The position numbers and the translations under genes are program-made. Below are positions 13,751 through 26,500 of a stretch of 64,000 bases of DNA, in pieces. The DNA lies in contig CM052816.1 of assembly GCA_028534125.1 (NCBI GenBank), positions 98,954,001 through 99,018,000 of the forward strand, given 5' to 3'. The notes under the pieces were generated by a model. The model was not told the DNA's origin. It saw only the letters and a program-made list of their open reading frames with translations, and did not search any database. How positions within the stretch are numbered: position 1 is the first letter of the stretch; every line of letters starts with the position of its first letter. Origin of the DNA: Lama glama. Its lineage: Eukaryota.

Positions 13751-14599
13751 CCTAATCTGGAAAGCAGTCATTGGTGTCACCAGTCTCTGCCTCAGGAAGT
13801 GCACAAGCCGCAGGTTCAGGACGAGGGGCCGAAGTTTTCGCCCATGAACACCTTGTATATTTTAGGCTGGAAAACTTTAAAGAGCGATGTCAACTTATAC
13901 TAAAGCAACACCAGATGCTTTGAACGTAAGTGCCCAGCGCCCTCTGGATCACATGTAGTTCATTTCTCCCTCACACCCTGGTCCAGGACCACGGGTCTCT
14001 GGTGGAGAATTTTCCACAGGCCCCTTCAGGATTTCCATCCCCTCCCGAACCTGCCTCTGCCCTCCTGTGGCTCCTCAGAGCACTCTGCAGTCACTGCTTG
14101 GAGGGGCAGGGAGAGACGAAATCCCATGGGAGGTTTCTGGGCTGTGATGGGCACCCTGGCGCTCAGCCACACGGCCACACCTTCCTGCAGGGGAGCACAG
14201 GACACTGCCTCCAGCCTTGCATCCCAAAAGAAGAGGCCTCAGGTTCAGGCAGCATCCAGCCAGTCCCTGCCAGACCAACAAGCTTCTCAAACTGGTTGTA
14301 CGTGTTGCTGGGATGAACAGAAAGAGGAGGATTCTGAAGTCGGAAGGACTTTCATAAAAATCAACTCCCTCTCATCAGACGGATGAGGGGAAATCAGTCC
14401 TGAAATAGCTGCCTTTGAACAGACAGTAAGTCAAGGGGAAGGGCCAGGGACGAGTCTCAGAAGCCTGGCCCCATGGTTTACAGCCTATTTCATAGTCTAG
14501 TGCATGCAGTTCCCCAGTATTTTGAGCGCCGTGGAAATACTGTTACATAAACCGCAGGTGCGTCTCTGCTACTGGAAATGCAGGCTACTTTACAAGAGG

Positions 14600-14669
14600 T
14601 CCAGACACAAACATATTCTGTCTTGAGAGTCTCTTTAATTTATTTGTATTTAATACAATACAATTTATT
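14600..14669 (-). terminator. Polyadenylation signal region of the minus-strand gene
   Basis: Minus-strand AATAAA at 14669-14664 and 14644-14639, overlapping ATTAAA at 14639-14634. U-rich upstream sequence and a GU-rich downstream element (atgtttgtgtctgg, ~14614-14601). Confidence 0.7.
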
Positions 14670-16617
14670 ACAACAATAACAACAAAAACAATACCAATAA
14701 GAACAAATTACTTTTACTAAAAGAGATTGTCTTAGGTGTCCTAGAAAGAACTTTCCCATAAAAGTATTGGAAACCAAGAGGCTTTGCTCATCCCGGAGGC
14801 ACGTCTATGACCCAGAACACACCCTGTGCCCGCAGAGCCCCTGGCCACCCCATTCAGCTCTGAGAATTCCCACCATGTGCACTTCTTGCAGGTTCTCTTT
14901 GGAAGCAGGCTGCAGTAACACTTCCTTGCGTCCAAACATCCTAGCTCCACTAGATGGGAACATGGGTTGTTGGATGAGAAAAAAAAGATCTGTATTTGTA
15001 CCTGAGGGCCAGCTGGCTCTTTTTTAGTAGATTGTGAGGTATGGGAGCAACAAGTCTTCATACCACCTTCCCAGCAACAACCTGGGTGACACTAGAACCA
15101 CAAAGCTGCCACAGCCGTCACTAGAGCCTGAGCGTCGTCTGTAGCTCGTCTGGGGCTTTGCTGTTTCCATGTAGCTCTGTGGGTTGTGGTGCTTGTCTTT
15201 TAAATTCACATAGTTGAGCTGGTTTTTGAGAGGATGGTATTAGGACACACACACACACGCACGCACACACACACGGTTGTACAGGTCGTGAACGTTAGGC
15301 TACAGGAGTAATGACCCCAGTGTGCTGAAGTTAATTTCTTACTCAAAATCCACAACAGTGTCCCACACAGGCGGGCAGCTCGTCCCCCAGCCGTGACTCT
15401 GGGATGCAGGCTCCTCCCATCCTGGAAGGACGCGTGATCCCCAAGGTGTCGTGTTTGTCTACAGTAAGGCAGCAGATGGAGCTAGGCGGGGAGAGTCCCG
15501 GGTGGGGGTCTGGGAGGCAGGATTTCACGTGTTCCCGAGCGATGTGCTTCACATCTACTCACGACCCCGGGCTTGAGCGCAGTCGCTGTTCCCTCAGTTA
15601 CACAGTCGGAGACGGGGCTGGTGACCCTCACTGGGGCTCATTCAGCCCTGAGGTTCAGTGTTCAGTCAGCCAAGTTCAGTAACTGTCTACCTCAAGGGCA
15701 ATGGTCCCCGAACATGGAAATAATGGTCACCAATTTGCTGTAATTATTCTTGAAAAACTCCCATCTCCCAACACAGGGAGAACGAGGATGCGCTGACTGC
15801 AGGGGGCGCTGCCGGGCCGGGGGGGGGGGCGCCTTTGGTCTGGTGCAGGGGAGGGAGCTTCCGAGGGGCCTGTGCGCTTCTGAAAGCATTCTACTGAAAC
15901 ATAAATTGAAGGGCCAGCGAGCCCGTCTTGTCTGGGAGAGCCGCCTTGGTTTTGGGGCTTTTGCACAGTCAGTCGTGTTTCCCCGGGGACAGTCTGATCT
16001 GACTGACAAGGGGGCCGCACTGACTCGGCACTGCCTTCTCGCCTGGTACCAACTGAAGCCTTGTGCTCAGCTCGGGGGAGATCACGTGTCCACTTTGCTT
16101 AGTGTGTCCAGAAAGGGGACGGGAGGCTGGGGAGAGCGCGCACCTTCTGTAAACCTCTCTGTAATCATTTATAGGCTGTATTCATGAGGCGGGCCCTGTG
16201 CGGCCTTTCCCACCCCCAGGCCAGGTCCGAAGCCGCTTTCATCTTGTTTGACAGTTTGTGCTTGTGCGTTCCCAGACTAAACACTGTGCCCGGCAACAAA
16301 GCAAGCAGGCGCATACGAAACAGAGTCGTTAAATAATATAAATAGCGGCTTATAGTCACCAATTTATAAAACAGCCAAACAAAACACGAGCCTGATTTCA
16401 AAGGCATGAGTCATTAAGTACAACCACATTCAAATATGCTGTGAATTGGAAAAAGCCCCTCCAGAACCAGGGGCTGTACGGAGTCCGTGTGTGACTGGCT
16501 CTACACTTGCCCGTCAGGCCAGGGGAGGCACAGTGCCCGGCGTGTCAGGTGCAGGCCCTCCGGCGTTGACAAATCTACGCGTAGTTACACGTCAGGAGTT
16601 AGAACGTTTCCGTCTGG
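14620..16617 (-). other. Putative ~2 kb 3' UTR of the unnamed minus-strand gene
   Basis: Lies between the TAA stop (16620-16618) and the poly(A) signals, with no interspersed repeats that I recognise. AU-rich element TATTTATATTATTTAA at 16344-16329 and a (TG)n tract at ~15244-15273. Confidence 0.6.
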
Positions 16618-16663
16618 TTATGGAACATGTGGTTGTGGGGGACGAGGATGTGGGTAGATACAC
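16618..16663 (-). CDS. Terminal coding exon of unnamed gene: (R)CIYPHPRPPQPHVP*
   Basis: Good acceptor cgttctcacccccccag|GTG. Phase-2 entry matches the 18091-17924 exon. TAA at 16620-16618 is followed by a UTR-like region. Confidence 0.55.
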
Positions 16664-17223
16664 CTGGGGGGGTGAGAACGCCAATTCACTTTCAAAACGG
16701 AACAGAAAATAAACCAGTGACTGGTGAGAGCTTGAGTTACTGCCTCCTATCTCCGTGGAATTTTCTGGATTCCTGGAAGCACAACGATGGTGGCCATACA
16801 CAACAAAGTTGGGTCACGTGTTCTATTGTCACACTAATCTGATTTGAGGTGAAAAGGGCCATTGGTGAGGTAGTTATTTAATAAATTGATTAATCAGTTT
16901 ATCTTCAATCTTTTTATAGAAATGATTTAAGAAATACTTTCAACATAATGAGATAAAATAACCCTTCACATTGATAAATGAGGAGAAACTAGACAAACAA
17001 GAGAGGAAAGCAGAATGTATAAGGTTACTCCTACTCCCGTCACCTGTCCTAGGAATATTATCCCATCTTTTAATATAAAAAATAAAGTGGCCTAACTTGC
17101 CAGTTGACACACACGGGAACCCAGTCCTCCCTACAGGCAGCCCCAGGGCTCCCAGGACCCCACCTTTCTCCTGGTTTCCTTCCCTCAAACCGATTCCTGC
17201 GTCTGCTGAATTCTCCTTCTCTC

Positions 17224-17520
17224 TGTGGGGGCCCCGAAGACCACCCTCAGGTGTGATGATCCATGGGACTCAGGAAAGCTGTTGTGCTCACAGTTATGGT
17301 TTATTACAGCGACAGGAATGTGGAGTGAAATTGGCAGAGGAAGAAGAGATGTGGGGCAGCACCCAGAGAAGCCAGGAGCAAGCTTCCAGCTCCCCCAGGG
17401 GACGTGCCTAATTCCCCAGCGACCACGTGTGACAGCCCGTGTGGAGTGGTGACACCAGGCAAGCTCAGCTGAGCCTTGGGTCCAGGATCCTTACTGGGAG
17501 TCAGTTGTGTAGGCCTGAAA
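17224..17520 (-). mobile_element. MER21-like ERV LTR fragment
   Basis: ggggccccgaagaccaccctcagg...ctcaggaaagctgttgtgctcacagttatggtttattacagcg. Confidence 0.65.
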
Positions 17521-17923
17521 TGCTTACCTGTTGAAGGCCTTAGTTCTTTGAATTTTTGGAACGCCTGTCCCAGGCCTGACTTTGTATTTGCTGTGCTGTT
17601 CCACCGTGCCATTCAGATTACAGAGCTCTGCAGCAAAGCTCGCAAATGGGAGAGGGGTTCCCGGATGCTCTTAAGTGGGCCAAGATCTAGCCTTGCTCTT
17701 CTAAATGGCTTATATGGCCTTACTCTTTCCCCACCCCAGCCCTCCCCAGACTCCGCACCCTTCAATGTGGAAACGTGCTCTATTTCTGCCTCTGTGGACA
17801 TAGCTTTTCTACCAACCTGGTCTTCACCCCCTCAGTTGGAAAGGCACTTGACAGGTGGCTGTGTGCAGCTACTGACTGGTGACCCAGCAGCCAGGCTAGG
17901 GGTCACAGCCCGCAGCTTAGTAC

Positions 17924-18091
17924 CTGCTGGATTTTAGCCCGTGTGGGAGGCGCCTCCTGCCGGGGCTGGACGCCGGGGTGGAGCCCACGGCCACGGCGAG
18001 GCTCTCGGTGACATCAGGTCCACGCGTGCTGCTCCTCACGTGGCCCCTCCGCCACGTCTTCTGTGGGTTTCTGGGTCGGTCATAGTTCGGG
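17924..18091 (-). CDS. Internal exon of unnamed gene (168 nt, phase 2-2): PNYDRPRNPQKTWRRGHVRSSTRGPDVTESLAVAVGSTPASSPGRRRLPHGLKSS
   Basis: Acceptor cagttcctttgcag|C, donor CAG|gtacta. Only this frame is open, the length is divisible by 3, and it is CpG-rich relative to its flanks. Confidence 0.55.
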
Positions 18092-20079
18092 CTGCAAAGG
18101 AACTGTGGGTGACTTAGGACCTTTGCTCTGGGTCTTGGAGGCTCTAAAGGCTGCACGCATCTGCAAGAGGAGCTGGAGGAGGGCCAGGCTGCAGCGCTGA
18201 CTTCCGCGCTGTGCTGCTGAGGTCTCGGGAACGCGCTGAGAAGGAGAACGCTGTTTAGAGAACAAAATCGATGAGGGGGGAAGATGATGTTTTCTTTCAG
18301 GTTCTTCCTGAGCTCCGAGGGTAGGACAGTCATTTCAGAAGAAAAGGGAAGAATGAGAGACGCGGCTTTGTTGTCGTTGCCCCAGGATTACCTAGTGTCC
18401 TTGCGCTCGGGCCCCACAGGGCCGTCTCGCCATTTTTCTCACGTAGCTTTCCAGTCTCCCAGGGAGCCGAAGGCAGATACGATTCTTTCCAGACAATGGA
18501 TGAGGAAACTGGAACATAGAATGTTTCATTTAAAAGTCCCCGATCAGCAGTGAAAGTGAGAATAAAGGCCGTATCCACTCATTCCTCGGTTCCAAGAGTG
18601 AGTCGTTAAGAATCAAACAGCCAGCTATTCCCCGGAACCAAACATCGCACTGGCCGCAGGGGTGAGCGATCAACGCGAGTCAGCAGAGCAAGAGACCCAG
18701 GCACGAGAAGCACTGTGAGAGCTACAGCGTTTCGTGTGCTGCGCTGTCAGCGTGTGTGTGAATTACTGCTACGCATTCACAGCTCCCACGGGAACATGCA
18801 GGGTCCCTGCAACACGCTCGATGCCCCGCTGAGTGTGGGCCGTGGAGGACAGAGTGAAGTGTGAGATCCTGGCCTTTCCGGGCCTCGTGGTCTGGTGGAA
18901 AGGACATTCGAAAAACAAATATTGAATCGTCACTCTCACACCGTGTGGTAGAGGAGGAGTGCAGGACACTGGGAGTTGATAAGAGACCCCAGAGCCGTGG
19001 GAGCAGGGGACATTCATTACTACCGATGACGGAACCACAGGCCTGGTGTCAACACTGTCTTACTTTCTTCTACCTTCTCAGTATCAGCTTCTGAAAGCGG
19101 CTGACAAGGAACGGGCCGGCGAGCTGGTCTAAACATCCGAGGGCCTGGGTCCTAGTCGCCACCTGGGCTATTTTAGGCAAAGCGCTGGGGCTTTGTGGTG
19201 TCTTGTGTCTTTTCCAGACTAACTTTCCACTTGCTCTTTGGAAGTCTGTTTCTTCAACACTCAGGCGTTTGGAAGGGCACATGTCTATTCCCTTGAGTAG
19301 TCTTGAACCGTGTGCCACAAACTGCCCCGGCGAGCTCTTGAGGGTGAGAAGAAGCTGATGCCTGACATCCATCGAGGTGAACCGCCCGCTCACAGGGCTC
19401 CCGTGCCCACAGGGCAGTGTGGCCCCAGGGCGACTTGGTATGTAACTCGGATACCTGGTAAAAATGGCTGATTTTGTAAATGGAATATTTCTGCCTTTAT
19501 TTGTGATGTTGCCGCAGGGAATGGCTTCATGGGTCTGACTGGCAGCTGAACACACACGTGTGAAAGGCGAGAACGCTGCAGAGGGCAGTTTCTCACTTCA
19601 GCATCTTTCCACTGCGCTGGCGGAACCACAGCTTACTCACCCCTTGCTGATCGCACTGCTCTGCCTACCGTGGACTTCCATGTGGGCCAGACCTTAGAAC
19701 GTGATGTTGCCTGTAGCTAGCTGTTAACGGGTGCTGTGTTAGAAGACCAGCAGGCCCTTAATGATATACAGGCATCCCTGAGACATAGCTGAAGCTCTTT
19801 GTGATAGAGGGTCGCCCAAAAGACCATGAGCTGCCGAGTGATCTCGTCACCCTTCAGAATCCTACTTGGTTCTCTCCAATCCAGAATACGACCTGCAGCA
19901 AACTGTTTTCTGGACTTGAATATTGGAAGTGTCGGTCAACTTTTATCCTCGGTGTACACAAACATCCGATTCCACTATTTCTATTTTTCTTACGGTATTT
20001 CACATGCATGTCTTCTGCATTGGTCTTAATTAAGCTGCTTCCGGCAAATGGTCCAGCCCACTCAAGTGAGCGTGACTAG

Positions 20080-20245
20080 CTCATGGCTTGCACACTTCAG
20101 CATAGAGCAGAGTTGCCTGGGCTTCTTAAGACAAGACTGTGGAGGCTCATCCCCAGAGTCTGTGGCTCAGTCGGCCTAAACTCCAGTTTATGGGTGATGC
20201 TACCACCACTGGTCTGGGGACCGCACGTTCAGACCCACGGATCGA
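20080..20245. mobile_element. MER5A-like hAT DNA transposon
   Basis: ctcatccccagagtctgtggctcagtcggcct...gtgatgctaccaccactggtctggggaccgcacgtt. Confidence 0.65.
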
Positions 20246-20479
20246 GACCATCTCCCACTTGCTGTGACCGTGTTTCCAGCGAGGTCTGGTGGGGACCAGT
20301 CACTCCACTAACGGGCGTGTGATCAGAGGACAGGGCCCCATGGGTCACCTCCCCAGACTTCCCTAGTCACCCAACAAGAAACTCAGGGTCGGTGGTGAGG
20401 GGCACCCAGGAGCTGAAGCAAAAAACTGAAAGACCCAATTCCTCGTCTCGTAATCCCAAGCAAAGTAAATGTCTTGGCT

Positions 20480-20600
20480 CCTACTTTATCCCTCCCCACC
20501 CCTTCTCCTTTGGTGACCATTAGTTTGTTTTCTATGTCTGTGAGTCTTTTTTGTAAATAAGTTCGCTTGCATCCTTTTTTAGATTCCACAATAAGTGATA
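20480..20600 (-). mobile_element. L1 ORF2-end/3' UTR fragment
   Basis: ggtgaccattagtttgttttctatgtctgtgagtc...ttttttagattccacaataagtgata. Confidence 0.8.
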
Positions 20601-21014
20601 AAAAATACCTTGGCTTTTACTTAGATCACATTGGTACAATAGAAGCAAAATGAATATTCACTTTTGGTCACTGACACTTTCCTTAAACCAACAAGTCTCA
20701 CAGTGTCATTGCTGACTTTAGATCGATTTGTATCACTGTTTCCAATCACTTATCAGTCTGCCCAATGCAAGATTTTTGTAGAAGAATATTTTCTAAAGTT
20801 TTAAATGAAAAATTGCTCAGATGGCTTGACCTGAATGGCATTAATAAATCAACCACACACCCTATTAAAAAATGTGTGGATTCAGGAGCGAAGGGCTTGC
20901 ATCGCATTATGATGAAGTCATGCTAAAAGCATAATCGACTCCACCCGTTTCACTTCTCCTCCTTAGCTTCCGCCGGAGCCTGCAGGTGGCTTGCCAGAAG
21001 AACAGGACAGTTAC

Positions 21015-21173
21015 CAAAAGAGATTCCAAACAAGCCGGGATCCTGGAGGAAGAGCTGGCGCAGGGGGCTGTTCCGGTGCAGGTCCCTCGGAGGGAGGCAT
21101 GTCCACACACGATTCTTCTTCTTGTGTGTTTGATGCTTCTCTTTTACAACTTTGCTGGGAAACTTTCAAGGAA
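21015..21173 (-). CDS. Internal exon of unnamed gene (159 nt, phase 2-2): SLKVSQQSCKREASNTQEEESCVDMPPSEGPAPEQPPAPALPPGSRLVWNLF
   Basis: Acceptor ttcattgaaatacag|T (weak pyrimidine tract), donor TTG|gtaact. Open frame, length divisible by 3, phase matches the neighbouring exons. Confidence 0.5.
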
Positions 21174-22329
21174 CTGTATTTCAATGAATAATGATTATTG
21201 TAATTAATATTCAAATTTGTGTCATTTTCGTAAGTTCTCAATAATATGATCCACGGGAACAAATAGAATACTTAGCCCTCACAAACTTGACGTTTTCTTT
21301 CCTTCTATGGAGCCTTTTATGGACTCAGATTTTGTAGATGTAATCTGTATACTCATCACCTCTGTGTTCCAGATTCTAGCCTATCCCATTCGCAGCTTTT
21401 GCATTTATTGTTTTTACTTTTATTCTCCAGAAAGAAGAGTAAAGAAGTCAACTCCCTGAAAAGTTTTCCACTTGCAATTTTCTGAGAAATCCTCCACTTT
21501 ATTGTCAACCCCCAGATGGAACCATTTGCTATATGCAAAGCAAATAGGAAAAACAAAAAAAAGGGTGGGCTGAGTCTTCGGGAAATGTGTGATGCTAAGG
21601 GGGACAAGGAGAGGGCAGACCCTCTTGACCACTGTTGGGGTCCGTCGTCTTCGGCTAGAAAGCAGCCTTGGGGCTGGACGGTACAGAGCCGTGCGTGAGC
21701 AGACAGGCTCTGTGCCCTCGGGGACGGGGAGCAAGACAGAAGGCCATCAGCTGCTCCGGGAACGTGCATGACGTCGGCCCCATGAAAGTCTCAGCGCAGG
21801 GCCTGCGGGGGCGTGCAGACGTGTGCAGATCTGACAGAGGCGTTATACATGCTGACTGGGGGGAGAGGAGCCAGATGCGTGCAAGAGGCAAATGTTTTTC
21901 CAATTTCAAAATTGGAGAAAGGATGAATTCCTGAGACGAGGGGCCAATCACTGCAACATTGATCACTGGCAACAGTGAAGACAGGTCATGAACAGGCTGG
22001 TGGGCGCTTAGAGAGGAGCAGGGACCCCAGGGTCCGGCTCAGGGAGGTGTACCAAGAGTGCTTCCTCTCATGTTGAGCGAGTCCACTTTGCTGGGGGCTG
22101 GTCACACAAAGGTTACTGAAGGGCGGCACTTGGATTTAAGGAGCTCATTGCATCAGCGCATCAGACCCATCTCAAACGCCGCCTTCCCGCTTCAGCCCGG
22201 TGTGGAGGTCCTCTTCGTACTCCCGTGCCCTTGACGAAATCACCACTCAGCAGGTCAGAACTGCCTTAGCAGTCCTCTCCAAAAGTGCGACGAATTAGCT
22301 GCTGTCAATCAAAGGGGAAAACCATAACA

Positions 22330-22900
22330 CGTACAGTCGTGTCCTGTTCTTTATCACGTGTTAACTTCCATTCGGCGGTTTGGATCGAGGCAAAGCATAT
22401 GCTTAGGAGATTTGCACATCACACAAAACTGGGAGGGGTGGTTGGTACAGCAGATGATAGAACTGAGCTTCAGAATAATTCAGAACAAGGGAACGCAGAC
22501 CACCAAGGCAGGATAAAATTTAACTTGGCCGTGTAAGGAGTTTCTAGGAATTTATGGGTAAAATTGTACACAAGGTTGCCGACAATCAGAGCTCCGTACT
22601 TTTCCCGGATTAAAGCTGACAATACCTGGGTGAGCATTTATGGAAACACTCGGGTTTTGATTTCAGGGCAGGGGGAGCGGTGTCTGTGCCAGGCAGCGCT
22701 GGTGCTCACATCCAGAGCAGTGTGGTTTCTGTCTCCCAAGCACCTACAGAGGATGCAGGCGTGCAGGGAATGACAGTGGGTGCCAGGCCACACTCACAAG
22801 GAGCCCTGATAGCAGGAGTCTTGTCAGCATATGGGACTTGAAAACAGGTGGAGGAACAAGGGATGGTTACCCTGTCCCTCAGGTCACGATGAGCACAAGT
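22330..22900 (+). mobile_element. Ancient CR1/L3 LINE reverse-transcriptase fragment
   Basis: ORF 22285-22536 contains FAHHTKLGGVVGTADDRTELQNN...IKFN, a decayed CR1 RT motif (FADDTKLGG...MKFN). A downstream stretch resembles ALVRPHLEYCVQFW. Confidence 0.8.
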
Positions 22901-23159
22901 TAATGCAATTCGATGGGCGTCAGACCATGGCTTCGCTATAAGGAATGCACATCCACAAACACCACCATCAGGTAGTGAACCACTTGTTAGGAGGTGAATC
23001 CAAGCCAAGACCGTGGGGCCGTCAGTGGGACAATGTAGAGCAAATCCTGCATGGGGGCAGGGAGACAGGGTTGGGCCAGACGATTCCAGGCCTTTCCAGC
23101 TCTAAGATTCCTTCCTTCCATGATCTAAGCTGGCCAGGTGGTCAAGGCTCTCTCCAGGG

Positions 23160-23206
23160 TGTGTGCGCACACGGACACACACACACACACGGACACACAC
23201 ACACAC
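23160..23206. repeat. Interrupted (CA)n microsatellite
   Basis: gcacacggacacacacacacacacggacacacacacacac. Confidence 0.9.
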
Positions 23207-23290
23207 TATTCGACTCAGAAGAGAGCCCGACGTGGAGGAAATGAGGGCTGTCCGGGTCCAGTTCCCAGCCTGTCTCTGTGGACCCTTTAC

Positions 23291-23510
23291 CCAAAGTCTG
23301 ACTCCTCCCAGAGACCATCCAGCCCAGCGTCTTGTCTGCTGTGTTTTCCGTTCACGCTTGCTTCCTCTGCTGGACGAGCCGCTTGGGTGTGATGAGCTCG
23401 CCGTCAGGTTTGATGAGACCGGCTTCACTGCGGCTTCCCCTCTTCGCTCCTCTCTGTTTCCAATGGCAGTACTTCGGCTGCTGAGGTCATGCCTGTCCCA
23501 CGTCCAGCAT
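23291..23510 (-). pseudogene. Candidate internal exon (220 nt, phase 1-2) with two in-frame TGA codons
   Basis: Acceptor ctctcctcattcag|AT, donor TGG|gtaaag. With the 50-nt exon it totals 270 nt and restores phase 2. TGA at 23427-23425 and 23406-23404. Confidence 0.4.
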
Positions 23511-26500
23511 CTGAATGAGGAGAGCATGGGTTCTGAAAACCTGATGAAAACATCTATGGACAATTAATGAAGGAACTTTGCATTGGAATTGGAGATTTTT
23601 TAATCTCTTCCACAGAAAAGAACAACAATGTTTTTTCTGGCTAAAATTTTTTATTTTATATAATAAAAGGAACATGTCATAGATGAAAACTTGAAGATTA
23701 ATTGAAGAAGACATGGAACCGACTGTCTCTTTATAAAGTGAGATAACAGTTATGAAACATTCTGAGAAGCATGAAGTAGTCACGACAGCACTCTGTTTTA
23801 TTAAATGTGGTATAATTTAGTAACGGGGGGTGATAAACGCAGCAGTCACCCCACGTCTCACCTCTGAGGAATAAACTCGCAAACTACATCAGAATGCTGT
23901 CTGCTGTGTTTACTCCTTTTCGAAAAGGGAAGTGAGAGAACAAAAAGACGTGTAATCATATTGGTGCCCTCACTTATTTAGGATTCCAAGATGTGTTCTG
24001 GTCTAAAGCCAGGCAGTTACCTTGGCCATGTCGTTCATTTCTTCATCCATCCATTCATTAATCCACTCTCCCCATTTTTACGTGACTCCTAGGGCGTGCA
24101 TTTCTTCGCGTTTGCTTTTCCAGTTTCAGTGAAGGAGATGGCAGTCTACACATCCTGGGGCTGTGGACCTTTTAGCCTCACGGGAGAAGCATTTAAAGGC
24201 CACAAACAGTGAGGCTGCTCCTTCAGATGGACAATAGCAAGATGGCGGCCTGTCTGAAGAACGGGGGAGACATGGTGGGCTACTGAAACCATGGTGAGCA
24301 TGAGGCGCACTTGTTTGAGGAGCACCACACATACGTCCTCGTGTTCTTGCTGTAAACATTCCAGCGTCTGTTTACAGCGCTCAGGGCAGAAGAGAAACAA
24401 CCCTGGTTGTCCTGGGCAGAGGACATGCTGTGTTACATTTGACAGCATGTTCACTGTTTGGTATGAAAACCATACACTCTTAACATACCAAGAAGACATC
24501 CTAAAGAAGTTTCCAATTAGATGGATATTTTTACTCAGATTTATTGGTACTGGGGAAGCACAGCTGAATCCTGAACCAGCAGCAGTCGTGCAGAGCGGGT
24601 CTAAGCCAAGGAAACGTGAGAAGATGGAAACACGTAATCCTTAGTGTCCGAAATATGCTCTTTATTCAAACCTCATTTAAACTGATGTGTGAAACAATAG
24701 GAAGAAACAGAGCAGAGTGCATTTTAACAGATCCATTTATGTGAATGATCTGGAACGGAGATAAAACTGGGAACACTGGCGATCTGAGCACAGAAAGAAG
24801 AAATCTTATAAAGATAACAATTGCTCTTGTCAATGTAATATTAGACTGATGCAGAAGAAGGAACATCTACTTCTTATGGTGCAAAGCAGGAGAAATCATT
24901 AAATATTCACTTGCACTTCATTAATCTCACAGATTTCTGTGTGCAGTTTTTTGTTTTTGGAGAAATTTTGACTACACCTTTGCTTAATTCCAAATAGGCA
25001 ATTTGATGAGGCATGGCGGTTGTAAATGACCAGATAGCCGAGGTTCTGCCCAGTGTGGCTGTTGGAGTAACGTGGTGTCAGTGAACCCCAGAGTATGCAA
25101 AGAGGGACTGAAGCTGGTTACCACCAGACAAGGCGCATCTTTGTACCTGCGTGTCTGTACAGCCTAGACCTCTCGGCTGCCGTGGCGCTTTACAGCAGGC
25201 TCCGTCTCCTCCCTGCTGGCCACCAGTGTGATGGACTCGGCCCCTCGCAGATTTGCTTCTGCAGTGCCTTCCACTGTGGGTACCTTCCGCCTCCTGTCAC
25301 CTGGAGAGGGGCCCCCTTAATTCAAGTTCTAATTCAAATGTCACTTCCCAGAATTGTTCTTTGACTCTGCTGCCCAAACGCAAGCGGAAGCCTGCTGGGC
25401 GCTGAGTGACAAGCTTTGTCCGGCTTTCTCCTGCGGCTAACGTGCTGGGAATTTTGTTTCTCTCCCTGGAGGAACTGAAACGTTCAGAGGCTGGATGGTT
25501 TTTTCATCCTCTTTGCATCTTCAGAATCTAGCTTTAGGCTCAGCGCACGTGGTTGCTCAAACCGTGTCAGTGGCACGTGAGCTGCGGGGAAGGAGGGACA
25601 TCTGTTGGTCCAGCAGTGTGCCCGCTGTCCGCCCCTAGACACGTGTGTGGGCCTGTTCTTGGCCGGGCAACTTCCTCCCCATTCAGACACTTCCCCTGCA
25701 TCCCCTTTTGCCAGAAGGCCGGGACCCTGCCCCTGGCCGACCTCCTGCTGCTGTCTCCTGGGTGCTGGGGCGGTGAGGGCCCTTGCTGCGCCTGGGGCCT
25801 CTGGCCACGGCCCTTCCCAGGGCCATGCATTGCTCTTTATGCTGGCCATGCAGGTGAGCCGTGGGCCGGGGGAAGGAACAGGACCTCGTTCTCGACAGGC
25901 CCGAGGCAGTGTCCCTCGGTGCCAAGTGAGGGGTGAACAAGGATATCCGGCCGCAGGGCTGAATGTCTAGTCTATGAGGTAAGATTGAATTACATGCATG
26001 TTTTTCAAGAACTCAGATGGCTTGTAAGCATTGAATAACCACTGCCAACTCCACTTTGATGGCCCATTCGCCACAAAATCCAGCAATGACGACTCCCCAG
26101 AGACTGAAATACATCAGCTGAAGTCCAGCAGGGAACCATTTCAGAAGCAGCATTCGTGAGGCAACCGCAGGGGCTTTAGTGTCGTACACAAGGAGTTGCC
26201 TCTCATCACATCCTCAAGAGCAACGCTCGGGGACTGGCTTAGTCAGAGGCGCGGGTGGAGGTGAGGTGCCCGTGTAGGGGTAGCACGGGGGTAGGCGTGC
26301 ACCGAGGGGCAGAGGCAGGTGTGGGTTTAGCTAGAGGTGTGGGAGGAGGCTCTGCTGAAATGTTCTCAAAGAGCTGAAATGCCTGCCTGGGTCCCCAGCC
26401 CTCATTAGTAGAGCATCCATGAGAATGCACTCAGGATGGACCCACGGGTTTTATTCTAGTGTCATTACCCACAGATCAGGAGATCTACTCTCAAGGGGAC

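Noticed and set aside
16350..16420. Selenoprotein explanation for the in-frame TGAs (ATGA-N12-AAA in the 3' UTR)
   Set aside because: There is no downstream GA at the required distance to form the SECIS quartet, and the TGAs are not in a Cys/redox context. SECISearch on 14620-16617 (minus strand) would settle it.
19070..19890. 161-aa minus ORF and nearby splice-like sites
   Set aside because: No recognisable domain, and the exon ending at the strong donor near 19640 has stops in all three frames.
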